Assembly (NCBI GenBank): GCA_963753345.1
Contig: CAVWBU010000021.1
Location: 128,001-192,000 of the forward strand
DNA: 64,000 bases
Direction: 5' to 3'
Source: an uncultured Fibrobacterota bacterium
GTDB lineage: Bacteria > Fibrobacterota > Chitinivibrionia > Chitinivibrionales > FEN-1185
Shown here: positions 40,979-49,883 of the stretch, in pieces
Layout: each line of letters starts with the position of its first letter
Numbering within the stretch: position 1 is the stretch's first letter
Program-made: the position numbers and the translations under genes
The notes under the pieces: model-generated
Told to the model about the DNA's origin: nothing
What the model saw: the letters and a program-made list of their open reading frames with translations, nothing else
Database searches by the model: none

Positions 40979-41059
40979 GCAATTGCCTTGTGGTGGTTTG
41001 TGATCCTCACCAAATATACCCTCGCGTCAACTGCTTGACAATCCCGGGTGAAAGAAAAC

Positions 41060-41177
41060 GTTGCCGGTTTTGGCAACAGATAAATAGAAGAACCCTCTTT
41101 ATTTCAGAGTATGAATACGTTATTGTGGGATGTTCTAGTATCGGATTTTAGAAAATTGATGGTTGGGTTTTGGCAAC
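41060..41177. promoter_or_regulatory. Candidate operator: palindrome GTTGCC-N6-GGCAAC plus a repeated 12-mer
   Basis: GTTGCCGGTTTTGGCAAC at 41060-41077; GGTTTTGGCAAC recurs at 41166-41177. Confidence 0.45.
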
Positions 41178-41303
41178 GTCGCGGAGCCCGGAAATATGAG
41201 AGGAATTGTATATTCTAGACTGTAGATTGCGGATTGAAAACCGTCCACGTTCTTCGCATTTGTCTTACAATCTCAAAACCATTGTGGCAATGTTCTTCTG
41301 CCC

Positions 41304-41441
41304 AGCGCCAGGCAGGACTGGAGGCCGCGCTGAAGCGCGGTGCCGCCTGACCACGGCCCGAAGGGCCCTCGTGGTAGGCGGCCCGAGGCCGAAGGCCGAG
41401 ACCGGAAGGACGGCCGCCGCCGTCTTCGGCGGGGCGCCCAG
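41304..41441 (-). repeat. Repeat family B, copy 7 (compensatory variant)
   Basis: Reverse complement reads TGGGCGCCCC...CCTTCCGGTCTCGGCCTTCGGCCTCGGG...CCTCCAGTCCTGCCTGGCGC. Confidence 0.8.
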
Positions 41442-41520
41442 ATTTTTCTTCATTTTTTCTCTTCATATCACTTTGTCCAACATCCTCCTCCCTTGTCTTG
41501 ACGAAAACTATTTTCTCCAC

Positions 41521-42027
41521 ATGAAGCTCCCCGCCAATGGCCGCGCTTTTCAAACTGCAGCTCAAGTCCGCGACGCTATCGCCCCGCTTCGCGCGCAGGG
41601 CAAGACCCTTGTCACCACGAACGGCTGTTTCGACATCATCCACGCGGGCCATGTGCAGTACCTGGCCGAGGCCGCGGCGCTCGGCGACATCCTTGTGGTG
41701 GGCGTCAATTGCGACAATGCGGTGGCGCGGCTCAAGGGCAAAGGCAGGCCGCTTCAGGGCGAACAGGACCGGCTGTCAATCGTCGCGTCGCTCGTCATGG
41801 TCGACTGCGCCTTTATTTTCCGGGAAGACGATCCGCGGGAGTTCATTGAAATGCTGAGGCCGGACATCCATGTCAAGGGCGGCGACTATTCGGAGGAGAT
41901 AATCGAAAAGCCGGTTGTCGAAAAATTCGGCGGCCGCATACGCATCGTTTCGTTTCTTGCGGGCCGCTCGACCACGTCATTGGTTCAACGGATGCGCTCG
42001 GCGGACGGCGCGTTGCCGATGCATTGA
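41521..42027 (+). CDS. rfaE2: D-glycero-beta-D-manno-heptose 1-phosphate adenylyltransferase (RfaE domain II)
   Basis: TNGCFDIIHAGH, LKGKGRP, VKGGDY, STT. Confidence 0.88.
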   Translation: MKLPANGRAFQTAAQVRDAIAPLRAQGKTLVTTNGCFDIIHAGHVQYLAEAAALGDILVVGVNCDNAVARLKGKGRPLQGEQDRLSIVASLVMVDCAFIFREDDPREFIEMLRPDIHVKGGDYSEEIIEKPVVEKFGGRIRIVSFLAGRSTTSLVQRMRSADGALPMH

Positions 42028-42115
42028 GGGCCGCCGTTTTGGTTGAATACCGCGCTGTATTATGGTATTCTTATAAGTAATTGCTTGCCACACCCCACAC
42101 GGGAGTCGCTTCACC

Positions 42116-44803
42116 ATGTCACGACACGAGACCTCCGTCAAATTTCTTGAGTCCAGGCTCAACGAGAACCCGCAGTCGCTCGTTTTCTCCCGTCTTGCCG
42201 ACGGCATCCGCGAAAGCGGAGATATCCAGCAGGCGATCTCGGTGTGCATGGATGGCCTCGCCCGTCACCCGGACTGTCTCACGGGCAGGGTGGTTCTGGG
42301 ACGGTGCTACCTGGAGCAGGAAAACCTCAAGGAGGCTGCCGCCGAGTTCGTGGCGGTGCTCAAACTTGACAGACGCAATCACACCGCGATCAAGATGATC
42401 GCCGACATCTGCGCGCGCCAGGGACTCAAGGAAAAGGCCGGGGATCTCTACGCGAGCCTGCTCGGCATGGACCCGGACAACCAGTCGCTCGTCGAGCTTG
42501 CCAGCACGTTCCGCGGAACAGGCGATACCGACCTTTTCAGCATCCTTGGCATGTCATCCGTCGCCGGCAGGGTGGCCGTTGCGCCTGCGCCGGCGGCCGA
42601 CGACACGATTGCCGACGCCGACAGGACCATAGAGTTTGACGTGGAACCGAGCCGGGCCGCGGCTTCCGCAGGGGAGGATACCGAGGTCGGCGAAATGATG
42701 GCAAAGACGCAGCAGTTCGATCCGAAGGATCTCGGTGTGGCCGACAGGGCTCATGATGACACGGTGCTGACTTCAGACGTGCTCACCGGAGACGATGTGA
42801 GCTCGCGCATGGAGACGATGTTCGACATCGGCCCGGAAACCCCGCCTGCCGCAGCGCCGGAAGTGCACGAGCACATTGAGCTCGGAAGCGGTGATGAAAC
42901 CCTGGGCCCCGCCGACGATGCGGCCGCAGGAACGGTCAGGGGCGAAGAAGCGGGGGTCGTGTCGGGAAGCGACATCACCTCGCGCATCGAGCAGCTGTTC
43001 GGCGAAGAGACGCCGGTGTCTCCGCCTGAACCGACTGTTGCCGAGGCCCCAACCAGGGAAGTTGCGCGCGACGAGTTACGGCCCGTGGAGTCTTCGGCGC
43101 TTTCCGGAGAAGACATCACCTCGCGGCTCAACGAAATGTTCGAGGGCGAGCCTGCCATCGAACCTTTGGCGGAAGACACGCTGATGGAAAAACCGGTCTT
43201 GCCGGCCGACACCAAGGTTGGACCGCTTCTTGAGATCGAGGCAGAGGCGCCGGCCGGGACCGTCACGGGCGCTACGGAGGAGATTGTCCTGGGGCCGCGG
43301 GAGCCGGCGCGGCATCCCGCCGAGGAAACCGTGCTTTCCGGCGACGACGTGGCGCTGAGGCTCGATACGATATTTGACGAAGGGGAAGAAGCCGGGCCGC
43401 CCGCAAACGAAGCGGTCGCGACGCAGTCTGCGGAGGCGACCGATTTATCCACAGCCGACGGCGACAAGACACAGACCGCCGAGACGTTCCGCGCGGGAGA
43501 GGACACGAAGCCGCCGTTTGACATAGAGGAAGCCGGCGTTGTCGTCGACGAGGTGGGCTTTGACGCCGCGTCCGAGACGCTGGTGGTCGAGGAGGCGGGA
43601 AAGTCCTCTCAGGCTGCTGCTCCGCAGGAGCCGCCCGAGGCTCCCGATGCCCCCATCATCATCGACGACGCAGTTGTGGCCGAGGAGGAGCAGGAGTCTG
43701 AGTCCGGCATGTCCGGAGACGACGTGGTTGGACGCATGGAGGAGATATTCACCGAGGAGCCTGGTTCGGGAGGAACTGCCGCGCCGGCAGCACCTGCAAA
43801 GGAAGAAGCGGCAATGCATCTTGACTTTATCCCGGTGACCGAAGAGGAAGCCGGGACGGCCGGAGAGCCCAGTACTGCGCCGACCGATGTTGACAAAACA
43901 GATATCGCGGCCCCGGAATCGGACACGCTTGACCTTTCGGGCGAGACGGAGGAGCGGACGATTCTCATGGACGAGGACAGCGGCGCGGAGACAATGCCGG
44001 CCGAAGAGGAAACCATGGTGACCGGAGGGGAAGATGAGACCATGGTGGCCAGAACCGAAGCCGAGACCCTTCCTTCCGAGGCCGAGGCTGAAACCATGCC
44101 TGCCGAAGCTGAGGCTGAGACCATATCGGCCGGAGGGGAAGATGAGACCATGGTGGCCAGAACCGAAGCTGAGACCCTTCCTTCCGAGGCCGAGGCTGAA
44201 ACCATGCCTGCCGAAACTGAAGCTGAGACAATGTCGGCCGGAGCCGAAGCTGAGACTATGGCCGTTGAGGACGAAGCTGAGACCATGGTTTGGTCCCGTT
44301 CGGACCCGTTTCTGGATTCCCCGTTCCGCACCGGCTCGAAAACAGGAACTGGCGCACCGAAGGAAACGGAAAGCGTTACTCCGCGGGATTCTGAACAGGA
44401 CATTTTTACGGATCAGGAAAAAGGGGCGGGCGCGGAGTCGGATCAGGCCTTTTCCATTCCCGACCACGTGCTCACGCCGACCCTCGCCGACATCTATTAT
44501 CAGCAGGGGCAGCCCCGGCTCGCGCTGCAGATTTTCCGGCGGCTCCTTGACGCGGACCCGGACAACGAACGCATTGCGAAACGCATCAGGGAAATAGAGG
44601 CCGGCCTCAACGCCGACATCGAGCCGGCAGGTGTCGAGGAAACCGTGGTGACGACGCCCACCCCCAAGGGGGACGTGAAGCCGCCCGCCCAAAGGGTAAA
44701 ACCGAAGGTTGACAAAAAGAAAAAGGCGGCCGCTGCGGAAAAACCGCTTTCCGGCGTGCGCATCAGGAAGAAAGCCAAGACCAGGCGCAGGAAGACGAGG
44801 TGA
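42116..44803 (+). CDS. Large acidic protein with N- and C-terminal TPRs and internal repeats
   Basis: TPR-like N-terminus, E/D/T/A-rich linker, TPTLADIYYQQG TPR, basic tail. Confidence 0.75.
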   Translation: MSRHETSVKFLESRLNENPQSLVFSRLADGIRESGDIQQAISVCMDGLARHPDCLTGRVVLGRCYLEQENLKEAAAEFVAVLKLDRRNHTAIKMIADICARQGLKEKAGDLYASLLGMDPDNQSLVELASTFRGTGDTDLFSILGMSSVAGRVAVAPAPAADDTIADADRTIEFDVEPSRAAASAGEDTEVGEMMAKTQQFDPKDLGVADRAHDDTVLTSDVLTGDDVSSRMETMFDIGPETPPAAAPEVHEHIELGSGDETLGPADDAAAGTVRGEEAGVVSGSDITSRIEQLFGEETPVSPPEPTVAEAPTREVARDELRPVESSALSGEDITSRLNEMFEGEPAIEPLAEDTLMEKPVLPADTKVGPLLEIEAEAPAGTVTGATEEIVLGPREPARHPAEETVLSGDDVALRLDTIFDEGEEAGPPANEAVATQSAEATDLSTADGDKTQTAETFRAGEDTKPPFDIEEAGVVVDEVGFDAASETLVVEEAGKSSQAAAPQEPPEAPDAPIIIDDAVVAEEEQESESGMSGDDVVGRMEEIFTEEPGSGGTAAPAAPAKEEAAMHLDFIPVTEEEAGTAGEPSTAPTDVDKTDIAAPESDTLDLSGETEERTILMDEDSGAETMPAEEETMVTGGEDETMVARTEAETLPSEAEAETMPAEAEAETISAGGEDETMVARTEAETLPSEAEAETMPAETEAETMSAGAEAETMAVEDEAETMVWSRSDPFLDSPFRTGSKTGTGAPKETESVTPRDSEQDIFTDQEKGAGAESDQAFSIPDHVLTPTLADIYYQQGQPRLALQIFRRLLDADPDNERIAKRIREIEAGLNADIEPAGVEETVVTTPTPKGDVKPPAQRVKPKVDKKKKAAAAEKPLSGVRIRKKAKTRRRKTR
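44022..44237 (+). repeat. Intragenic tandem duplication, 2 x 108 bp built from 27-bp units
   Basis: CCGGAGGGGAAGATGAGACCATGGTGGCCAGAACC... at 44022 and 44130. Confidence 0.9.
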
Positions 44804-44863
44804 CATTTGCCCGCTGTCTCGGCGTCTAAGCCGCCGTCCGGAGTACGTGCCACAGATTCGCCT

Positions 44864-45943
44864 ATGCACAACAGCCGCCTTTCCGCCATCAAAGCGCTTC
44901 TTGCACGGGGCCCGTACACCCGCGTTCTTCTGTCAGACCTTGCCGACATAGAATATCTCGCCGGGTTCCGTTCCTCCAATGTGTATTGCGTGATTTCGCG
45001 TCGGAGTAATTTCCTGTGCTCCGACTTCCGGTACCGCAGTGCGGCGCTGGCATTCTGCCGCAGGAACAGGGAATGGAAATTCCTTGAAATCAAGGAGAAT
45101 GACTTTTCGTTCCTCCGGAACCCGCTTGGTATGCCCTCCGTGGCGGGCTTTCAGCCCGAGGCGATCTCGGTGGGAGCATTCTCGCGCCTCAGGCGCGCGT
45201 GCCCCGGCGTGCGGTTTGCAAGGCTCCCGCCCGCGTTCAGCGACGTGTTCGTTCCCAAGACCCTCCGCGAAATCGGGTGCATGCGGAAGGCCGCGGCGAT
45301 CGGCGACAGGGCCTTCGGCGAAATGGTATGCCGCGCGCGGCTCGGCATCACCGAGCGCGAGCTCGCCGCGTTCTGCGAGGAGCGGTGCAGGAAACATGGA
45401 TCGGAGCGGCCGTCGTTCGACACCATTGTTCTGTTCGGCCGCAGGGCGGCCCTTCCGCACGGCATTCCTTCCGACGCGCGGCTCGCCGCGGGCGACTGGG
45501 TGCTGTGCGATTTCGGCTGCACCGTGCAAGGGTTTATGTCCGACATGACCAGGACGTTTGTGATGGGGAGGGCGTCTGCGCGCCAGAAAAGGATATACGA
45601 TGCGGTGCTCCGGGCGCAGGAGGCCGCCCGCTATGCGGTGACCGCGGGTGTGCGGGCGAGTGAAGTTGACAAGTGCGCAAGGGACGTGATCACGGCGGCC
45701 GGATACGGCCCGCTGTTCGGCCACGCAACCGGCCACGGCGTGGGGTTGCGCGTCCATGAAAAGCCTCGCATTGCCTCCTCCGACAAATCTATTTTACAGC
45801 CTGGCACGGTGATCACCATCGAACCGGGCGTTTACCACCCGCGATTCGGCGGCGTGCGCATCGAGGACATGGTCGTGGTGAAAAAAGGCGGCGGCGAAAC
45901 GCTCACCGCCTCGCCGCGCAGACTCATAGAGGCGGGAACCTGA
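44864..45943 (+). CDS. Xaa-Pro aminopeptidase (M24)
   Basis: SFDTIV, LPHG, DFG..SDMTRT, GHGVGL.VHE, TIEPG, GVRIED. Confidence 0.9.
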   Translation: MHNSRLSAIKALLARGPYTRVLLSDLADIEYLAGFRSSNVYCVISRRSNFLCSDFRYRSAALAFCRRNREWKFLEIKENDFSFLRNPLGMPSVAGFQPEAISVGAFSRLRRACPGVRFARLPPAFSDVFVPKTLREIGCMRKAAAIGDRAFGEMVCRARLGITERELAAFCEERCRKHGSERPSFDTIVLFGRRAALPHGIPSDARLAAGDWVLCDFGCTVQGFMSDMTRTFVMGRASARQKRIYDAVLRAQEAARYAVTAGVRASEVDKCARDVITAAGYGPLFGHATGHGVGLRVHEKPRIASSDKSILQPGTVITIEPGVYHPRFGGVRIEDMVVVKKGGGETLTASPRRLIEAGT

Positions 45944-47040
45944 TGATCAATATCCATTCGCTCCTCAAGACGATGTTCGACAACAATGCGTCCGACCTGC
46001 ACATCCGGGTGGGAACGCCGCCCACGTTCCGCATCAACGGGGCGCTGTACCGCGCGCAGATGGACCCGGTGGCGTTCGACGAGCTGGAGCGCATCTGCGC
46101 CGAGATCATGCGGCCCGAGCAGAAAGCAGTCTTTGACAAGACGAACGAATTTGATTTCGCCATGGGCCTCAAGGGCGTTGGCAGGTTCAGGATCAATGCT
46201 TCGCGCCAGCGGGGCACGCCATCGCTCGCCATTCGGTCCATCAAGACCCAGATACCGTCGTTTACAGAACTCGGCCTTCCGAACGTGATCCTCGACCTCG
46301 CCATGAAGAAACGGGGGCTCATTCTCTGCACGGGCACCACGGGAAGCGGCAAGTCGACGCTGCTGGCCTCAATGATCGATCACATCAATGTCAACGCGTC
46401 GGTGAACGTCGTCACCATCGAAGATCCCGTGGAGTACCTTTACAAAGACAAGAAAAGCATCATCGCCCAGCGGGAGATCGGGCCCGACACCCAGACCTTT
46501 GCCAACGCGCTGCGCGCGAGCTTCCGCCAGGACCCGGATGTGATCCTCATCGGCGAAATCCGCGACTCGGACACCATGGAGACCGCCATGAGCGCGGCCG
46601 ACACCGGACATTTGGTGATGAGTACGCTCCACACCATGAACGCGATGGAGACCATCTCCCGCATCCTGTCGTTTTTTCCGCCTCACCAGCACCAGCAGGT
46701 GAGGCTCGTTCTGTCAAGTGTGCTTATCGCAGTCATTTCGCTTCGGCTCCTGCCGAAAAAGGACGCAGGCGGCCGCATTCCGGCCGCGGAAATCATGATC
46801 AACAACGCCGCGGTCGCGGAATACATTCTCGACCCGGAAAAGTCCCATCTTATCATGGCCGCCATCTGCGAAGGATACACGCAGTACGGCTCGCAGTCGT
46901 TCGACCAGTCGCTGCTCCAGCTTTACCGGGACGACCTCATCACCTTCCAGGTGGCAAAGCAGAACGCGAGCAACCCCGACGATTTCGAGCTCAAGGTGAA
47001 GGGCGTGGAAGGCGCGAGCGACCGGCGATGGGGCGGGTAA
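45943..47040 (+). CDS. pilT: Type IV pilus retraction ATPase PilT/PilU family
   Basis: ASDLHI, GTTGSGKST, TIEDPVE, RQDPDVILIGEIRD, GHLVMSTLH. Confidence 0.88.
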   Translation: MINIHSLLKTMFDNNASDLHIRVGTPPTFRINGALYRAQMDPVAFDELERICAEIMRPEQKAVFDKTNEFDFAMGLKGVGRFRINASRQRGTPSLAIRSIKTQIPSFTELGLPNVILDLAMKKRGLILCTGTTGSGKSTLLASMIDHINVNASVNVVTIEDPVEYLYKDKKSIIAQREIGPDTQTFANALRASFRQDPDVILIGEIRDSDTMETAMSAADTGHLVMSTLHTMNAMETISRILSFFPPHQHQQVRLVLSSVLIAVISLRLLPKKDAGGRIPAAEIMINNAAVAEYILDPEKSHLIMAAICEGYTQYGSQSFDQSLLQLYRDDLITFQVAKQNASNPDDFELKVKGVEGASDRRWGG

Positions 47041-47150
47041 AAAGAAATGTAGATTGCAGATTGTGGAATGTAGATTGAAAAACTTTCCGACGGGGCCGTC
47101 GGAACGATACTTTGACAAAATGTGATTCCGATATGAAAAGGAGACAGTAC

Positions 47151-47900
47151 ATGGCAAGGACGGTGTGGATGGTGGCGGTGGTTTGTCTGATTGCCGCATC
47201 GGCGCACGTGGCGCGCGCGGAGAGCGTGGCGAAAATCACCACCTTCGAGGGCGTCGTGCAGATCATGAAGAAGGGCGCGACCGACTGGCGGAACGCCAAG
47301 CCGGGCCTGCCGCTTGAGGTAGGCGACCAGGTTTACACGCAGGAAGAAAGCTTCGCCGAGATCCGGTATTCCATCGGCACGGTGCTGCGCATGGACGAGA
47401 AGACAAAAATCACCATCGACGCGTCGTCGGAAAAGACCATCAAGACCAAGAGCGCCATCGGCAGCGTGTGGGTCAACATGCGCAAGCTTATTTCCACGGG
47501 CAAGGAGTTCCAGGTGTCGACGCCCACCGCGGTCGCGGCCATCCGCGGCACGGTGTTCGACATGTCGTGCATTCCGGATTCCGCGTCCTACGTGGCCGTG
47601 TTCGAAGGCAAGGTGGCCGTGGGCCCGTCGGACAGCCTCAAGAAAAAGCTTGAGGTTGAGAAGAAGAAGTCCGTCAAGACGGAAAAACCCGTTGAAGTTC
47701 CGGGACCCGAAGAGATCCCCGGGCCGTACGAGGTGTCGCTCGAACAGTGGCGCACCATCGTGGCCGGCCAGAAAATCTCGGTGAGGACCGACGGGAAATT
47801 CGCGCAGGAGAAGATCGACATGACGGCCGAGGAAAAGATGAAGTTCGTGAAGAAGAACCTGGCGATGGACAAGGAGTTGATGAAGGAGAAAGAGAAATAA
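47151..47900 (+). CDS. Secreted FecR-domain protein
   Basis: Signal peptide, GDQVYT, VSTPTAVAAIRGTVF, VFEGKVAV. Confidence 0.8.
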   Translation: MARTVWMVAVVCLIAASAHVARAESVAKITTFEGVVQIMKKGATDWRNAKPGLPLEVGDQVYTQEESFAEIRYSIGTVLRMDEKTKITIDASSEKTIKTKSAIGSVWVNMRKLISTGKEFQVSTPTAVAAIRGTVFDMSCIPDSASYVAVFEGKVAVGPSDSLKKKLEVEKKKSVKTEKPVEVPGPEEIPGPYEVSLEQWRTIVAGQKISVRTDGKFAQEKIDMTAEEKMKFVKKNLAMDKELMKEKEK

Positions 47901-47935
47901 GCAGTTTGGTAGATAGTTACTTGATGGAATGAGGG

Positions 47936-47965
47936 CTGCCGGTTGTTAAGAACAGCCGGCAGTTT
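47936..47965 (+). terminator. Rho-independent terminator between convergent genes
   Basis: CTGCCGGTTGTT-AAG-AACAGCCGGCAG followed by TTTT. Confidence 0.7.
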
Positions 47966-47993
47966 TCATATTCTCTCCGCAGCGGAGCGGTGT

Positions 47994-48506
47994 TCAGCGA
48001 ATTGCCGGAGGTTGTCTTGGATGGAGCGCACTTGGTTTGATCGTACGCAGTATTTGATCCGCAATTAATTCCGGATGGAGCGCTTTCGTAGCTTCAGTCG
48101 TCGCGTCAACATGTTTGCCCTTTTTGTTGTAGATGTTGCCGTAAACGCTGAACAAGAAGACTTTTGAAGATGTGTCAGCCTTGGACATGATAAAATTTTG
48201 TATGCGGGGATCTACTTCATTCCCGGCGTTAATTGCGCTGAATAGTATTGAAAATCCGTACGATGACGCATTTTCCTTGGCAGCATTTGCAAGCGATGCT
48301 TCTTTAATCTTGTAGCCTAATTTTGCAAGAGTATCGCTGATTATTCTGGAAACGGCTGTTTCCAGGTTGCTGGAGTCTTTAAGGATGAGAACCGGTTTTA
48401 TTTTGGGTTTTTCCGCTTTATTAACAACATTCTGGGCAAAAGCAAAATAGCATCCGATTGCAACGACAATCAGAAAGCTTGCTGCAAATTTTCTACACAT
48501 TTGCAT
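47994..48506 (-). CDS. Secreted hypothetical protein
   Basis: Signal peptide; AT-richer than neighbours. Confidence 0.6.
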   Translation of the reverse strand: MQMCRKFAASFLIVVAIGCYFAFAQNVVNKAEKPKIKPVLILKDSSNLETAVSRIISDTLAKLGYKIKEASLANAAKENASSYGFSILFSAINAGNEVDPRIQNFIMSKADTSSKVFLFSVYGNIYNKKGKHVDATTEATKALHPELIADQILRTIKPSALHPRQPPAIR

Positions 48507-48570
48507 GACTCCAACGATAAATGTACGTTCCCATATAAAATAATAAAATATTCCATAAACTCTAAATATT

Positions 48571-49572
48571 TTACTGCGACATCAAGTGTCCCGCCAGCAG
48601 CTTCTCCCACCACCCCTTATTTTCCAGGTACCATTTAATTGTCATCCTGATCCCGTCGTCAAACTTCACCTCCGGCTTCCATCCGAGTTCACGCTTGATC
48701 TTTGCCGCGTCGATGGCATAGCGCCGGTCGTGGCCCATGCGGTCGGTCACGAACGTAATCAGGCTTTCCGGTTTGCCGAGTACCCGGAGAACAAGCTTGA
48801 CAATGTCTATGTTGCGCCATTCGTTGCTGCCGCCGATATTGTAGACCTGGCCCGGTTTCCCCTTGGCAAGGACCGTTTCGATGGCCCTGCAGTGGTCGGT
48901 GACGTACAGCCAGTCGCGGATGTTAAGCCCGTCGCCGTACACCGGCAGGGGCTTATCGGCCAGCGCGTTGGTGATCATGAGGGGGATGAGCTTCTCGGGG
49001 AACTGGAACGGGCCGTAATTGTTGGAGCACCGGGTGATGATCGAGGGGAACCCGTAGGTCTCGAAATAGGCGCGCGCGACAAGGTCGCTGCCCGCCTTGC
49101 TCGCCGAGTAAGGGCTGTTGGGCGCCAGCGGCGTGGTTTCGGAAAACGAGCCTTTCGGCCCGAGCGTGCCGTAGACTTCGTCGGTTGAAATATGGATAAA
49201 TCGTTTTGATGCAAACGAGCCCTTCCATGCGTTCCGCGCGCATTCGAGCAGGTTCTGCGTGCCCAGCACGTTGGTGAGGACGAACGCGGCAGGGCCCTCT
49301 ATGCTCCGGTCCACATGCGATTCCGCCGCGAAATGCACCACCGCGTCGAAACCGTGCGACGAGAACAGTTTTTCGCACAGCGGCCGGTCGCAGATGTCGC
49401 CCTTGACAAATTCATACCGGGCGTCCTTTTCGACGCTCTTCAGGTTGTCGGGATTGCCCGCGTAGGTGAGCGCGTCGAGGGTGACAATGGAACAGTCCTT
49501 GCGGGATGAGAGCATGTGAAGGACAAAGTTTGAGCCGATAAATCCGCAGCCGCCGGTGACGAGAATTTTCAT
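48571..49572 (-). CDS. rfbB: dTDP-glucose 4,6-dehydratase
   Basis: VTGGCGFIG, AAESHVDRSI, STDEVYG, YSASK, GHDRRYAID. Confidence 0.96.
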   Translation of the reverse strand: MKILVTGGCGFIGSNFVLHMLSSRKDCSIVTLDALTYAGNPDNLKSVEKDARYEFVKGDICDRPLCEKLFSSHGFDAVVHFAAESHVDRSIEGPAAFVLTNVLGTQNLLECARNAWKGSFASKRFIHISTDEVYGTLGPKGSFSETTPLAPNSPYSASKAGSDLVARAYFETYGFPSIITRCSNNYGPFQFPEKLIPLMITNALADKPLPVYGDGLNIRDWLYVTDHCRAIETVLAKGKPGQVYNIGGSNEWRNIDIVKLVLRVLGKPESLITFVTDRMGHDRRYAIDAAKIKRELGWKPEVKFDDGIRMTIKWYLENKGWWEKLLAGHLMSQ

Positions 49573-49648
49573 GTTGGAGTTGACTCCTTATAAAGATTCG
49601 ATCAAGGCTAATTGATGTTTGCTATCAATGATATATTGACTCCGCCTA

Positions 49649-49686
49649 ACCTCACCCCTGGCCCCTCTCCCACGGGGAGAGGGGAA
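49649..49686 (+). repeat. REP-like palindrome upstream of A copy 7
   Basis: CCTCACCCCTGGCCCCTCTCCCACGGGGAGAGGGGAA. Confidence 0.6.
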
Positions 49687-49744
49687 CCATTGGTCTGTGC
49701 TTATCGCAATTGTAAAGTAGCCAGTGCATTTACCGCCACTCTCC

Positions 49745-49873
49745 GTGGGTGCCCCCACACAGGTGCCTGTTTCTGCAGCTGCTTCCACTTGGGGTGCACC
49801 CAGGAGGGGGTAGCGGAGGACACCGCAGGCCGAAGGCCGAGGAGGCCGCAGCGAGGGGGAAACTTCCCCCACC
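49745..49873 (+). repeat. Repeat family A, copy 7
   Basis: GGGTGCCCCCA...TGGGGTGCACCCAGGAGGGGG...GCGAGGGGGAAACTTCCCCC. Confidence 0.85.
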
Positions 49874-49883
49874 TGAACTCTTT

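Noticed and set aside
44022-44290. Tandem repeats as a CRISPR array
   Set aside because: They are in-frame coding repeats without unique spacers, and no cas genes are present.
43445-44869. Long antisense or alternative-frame ORFs (also 14491-15894, 51096-52421, 60765-61976)
   Set aside because: They are shadow ORFs opposite well-supported genes, as expected in high-GC DNA.
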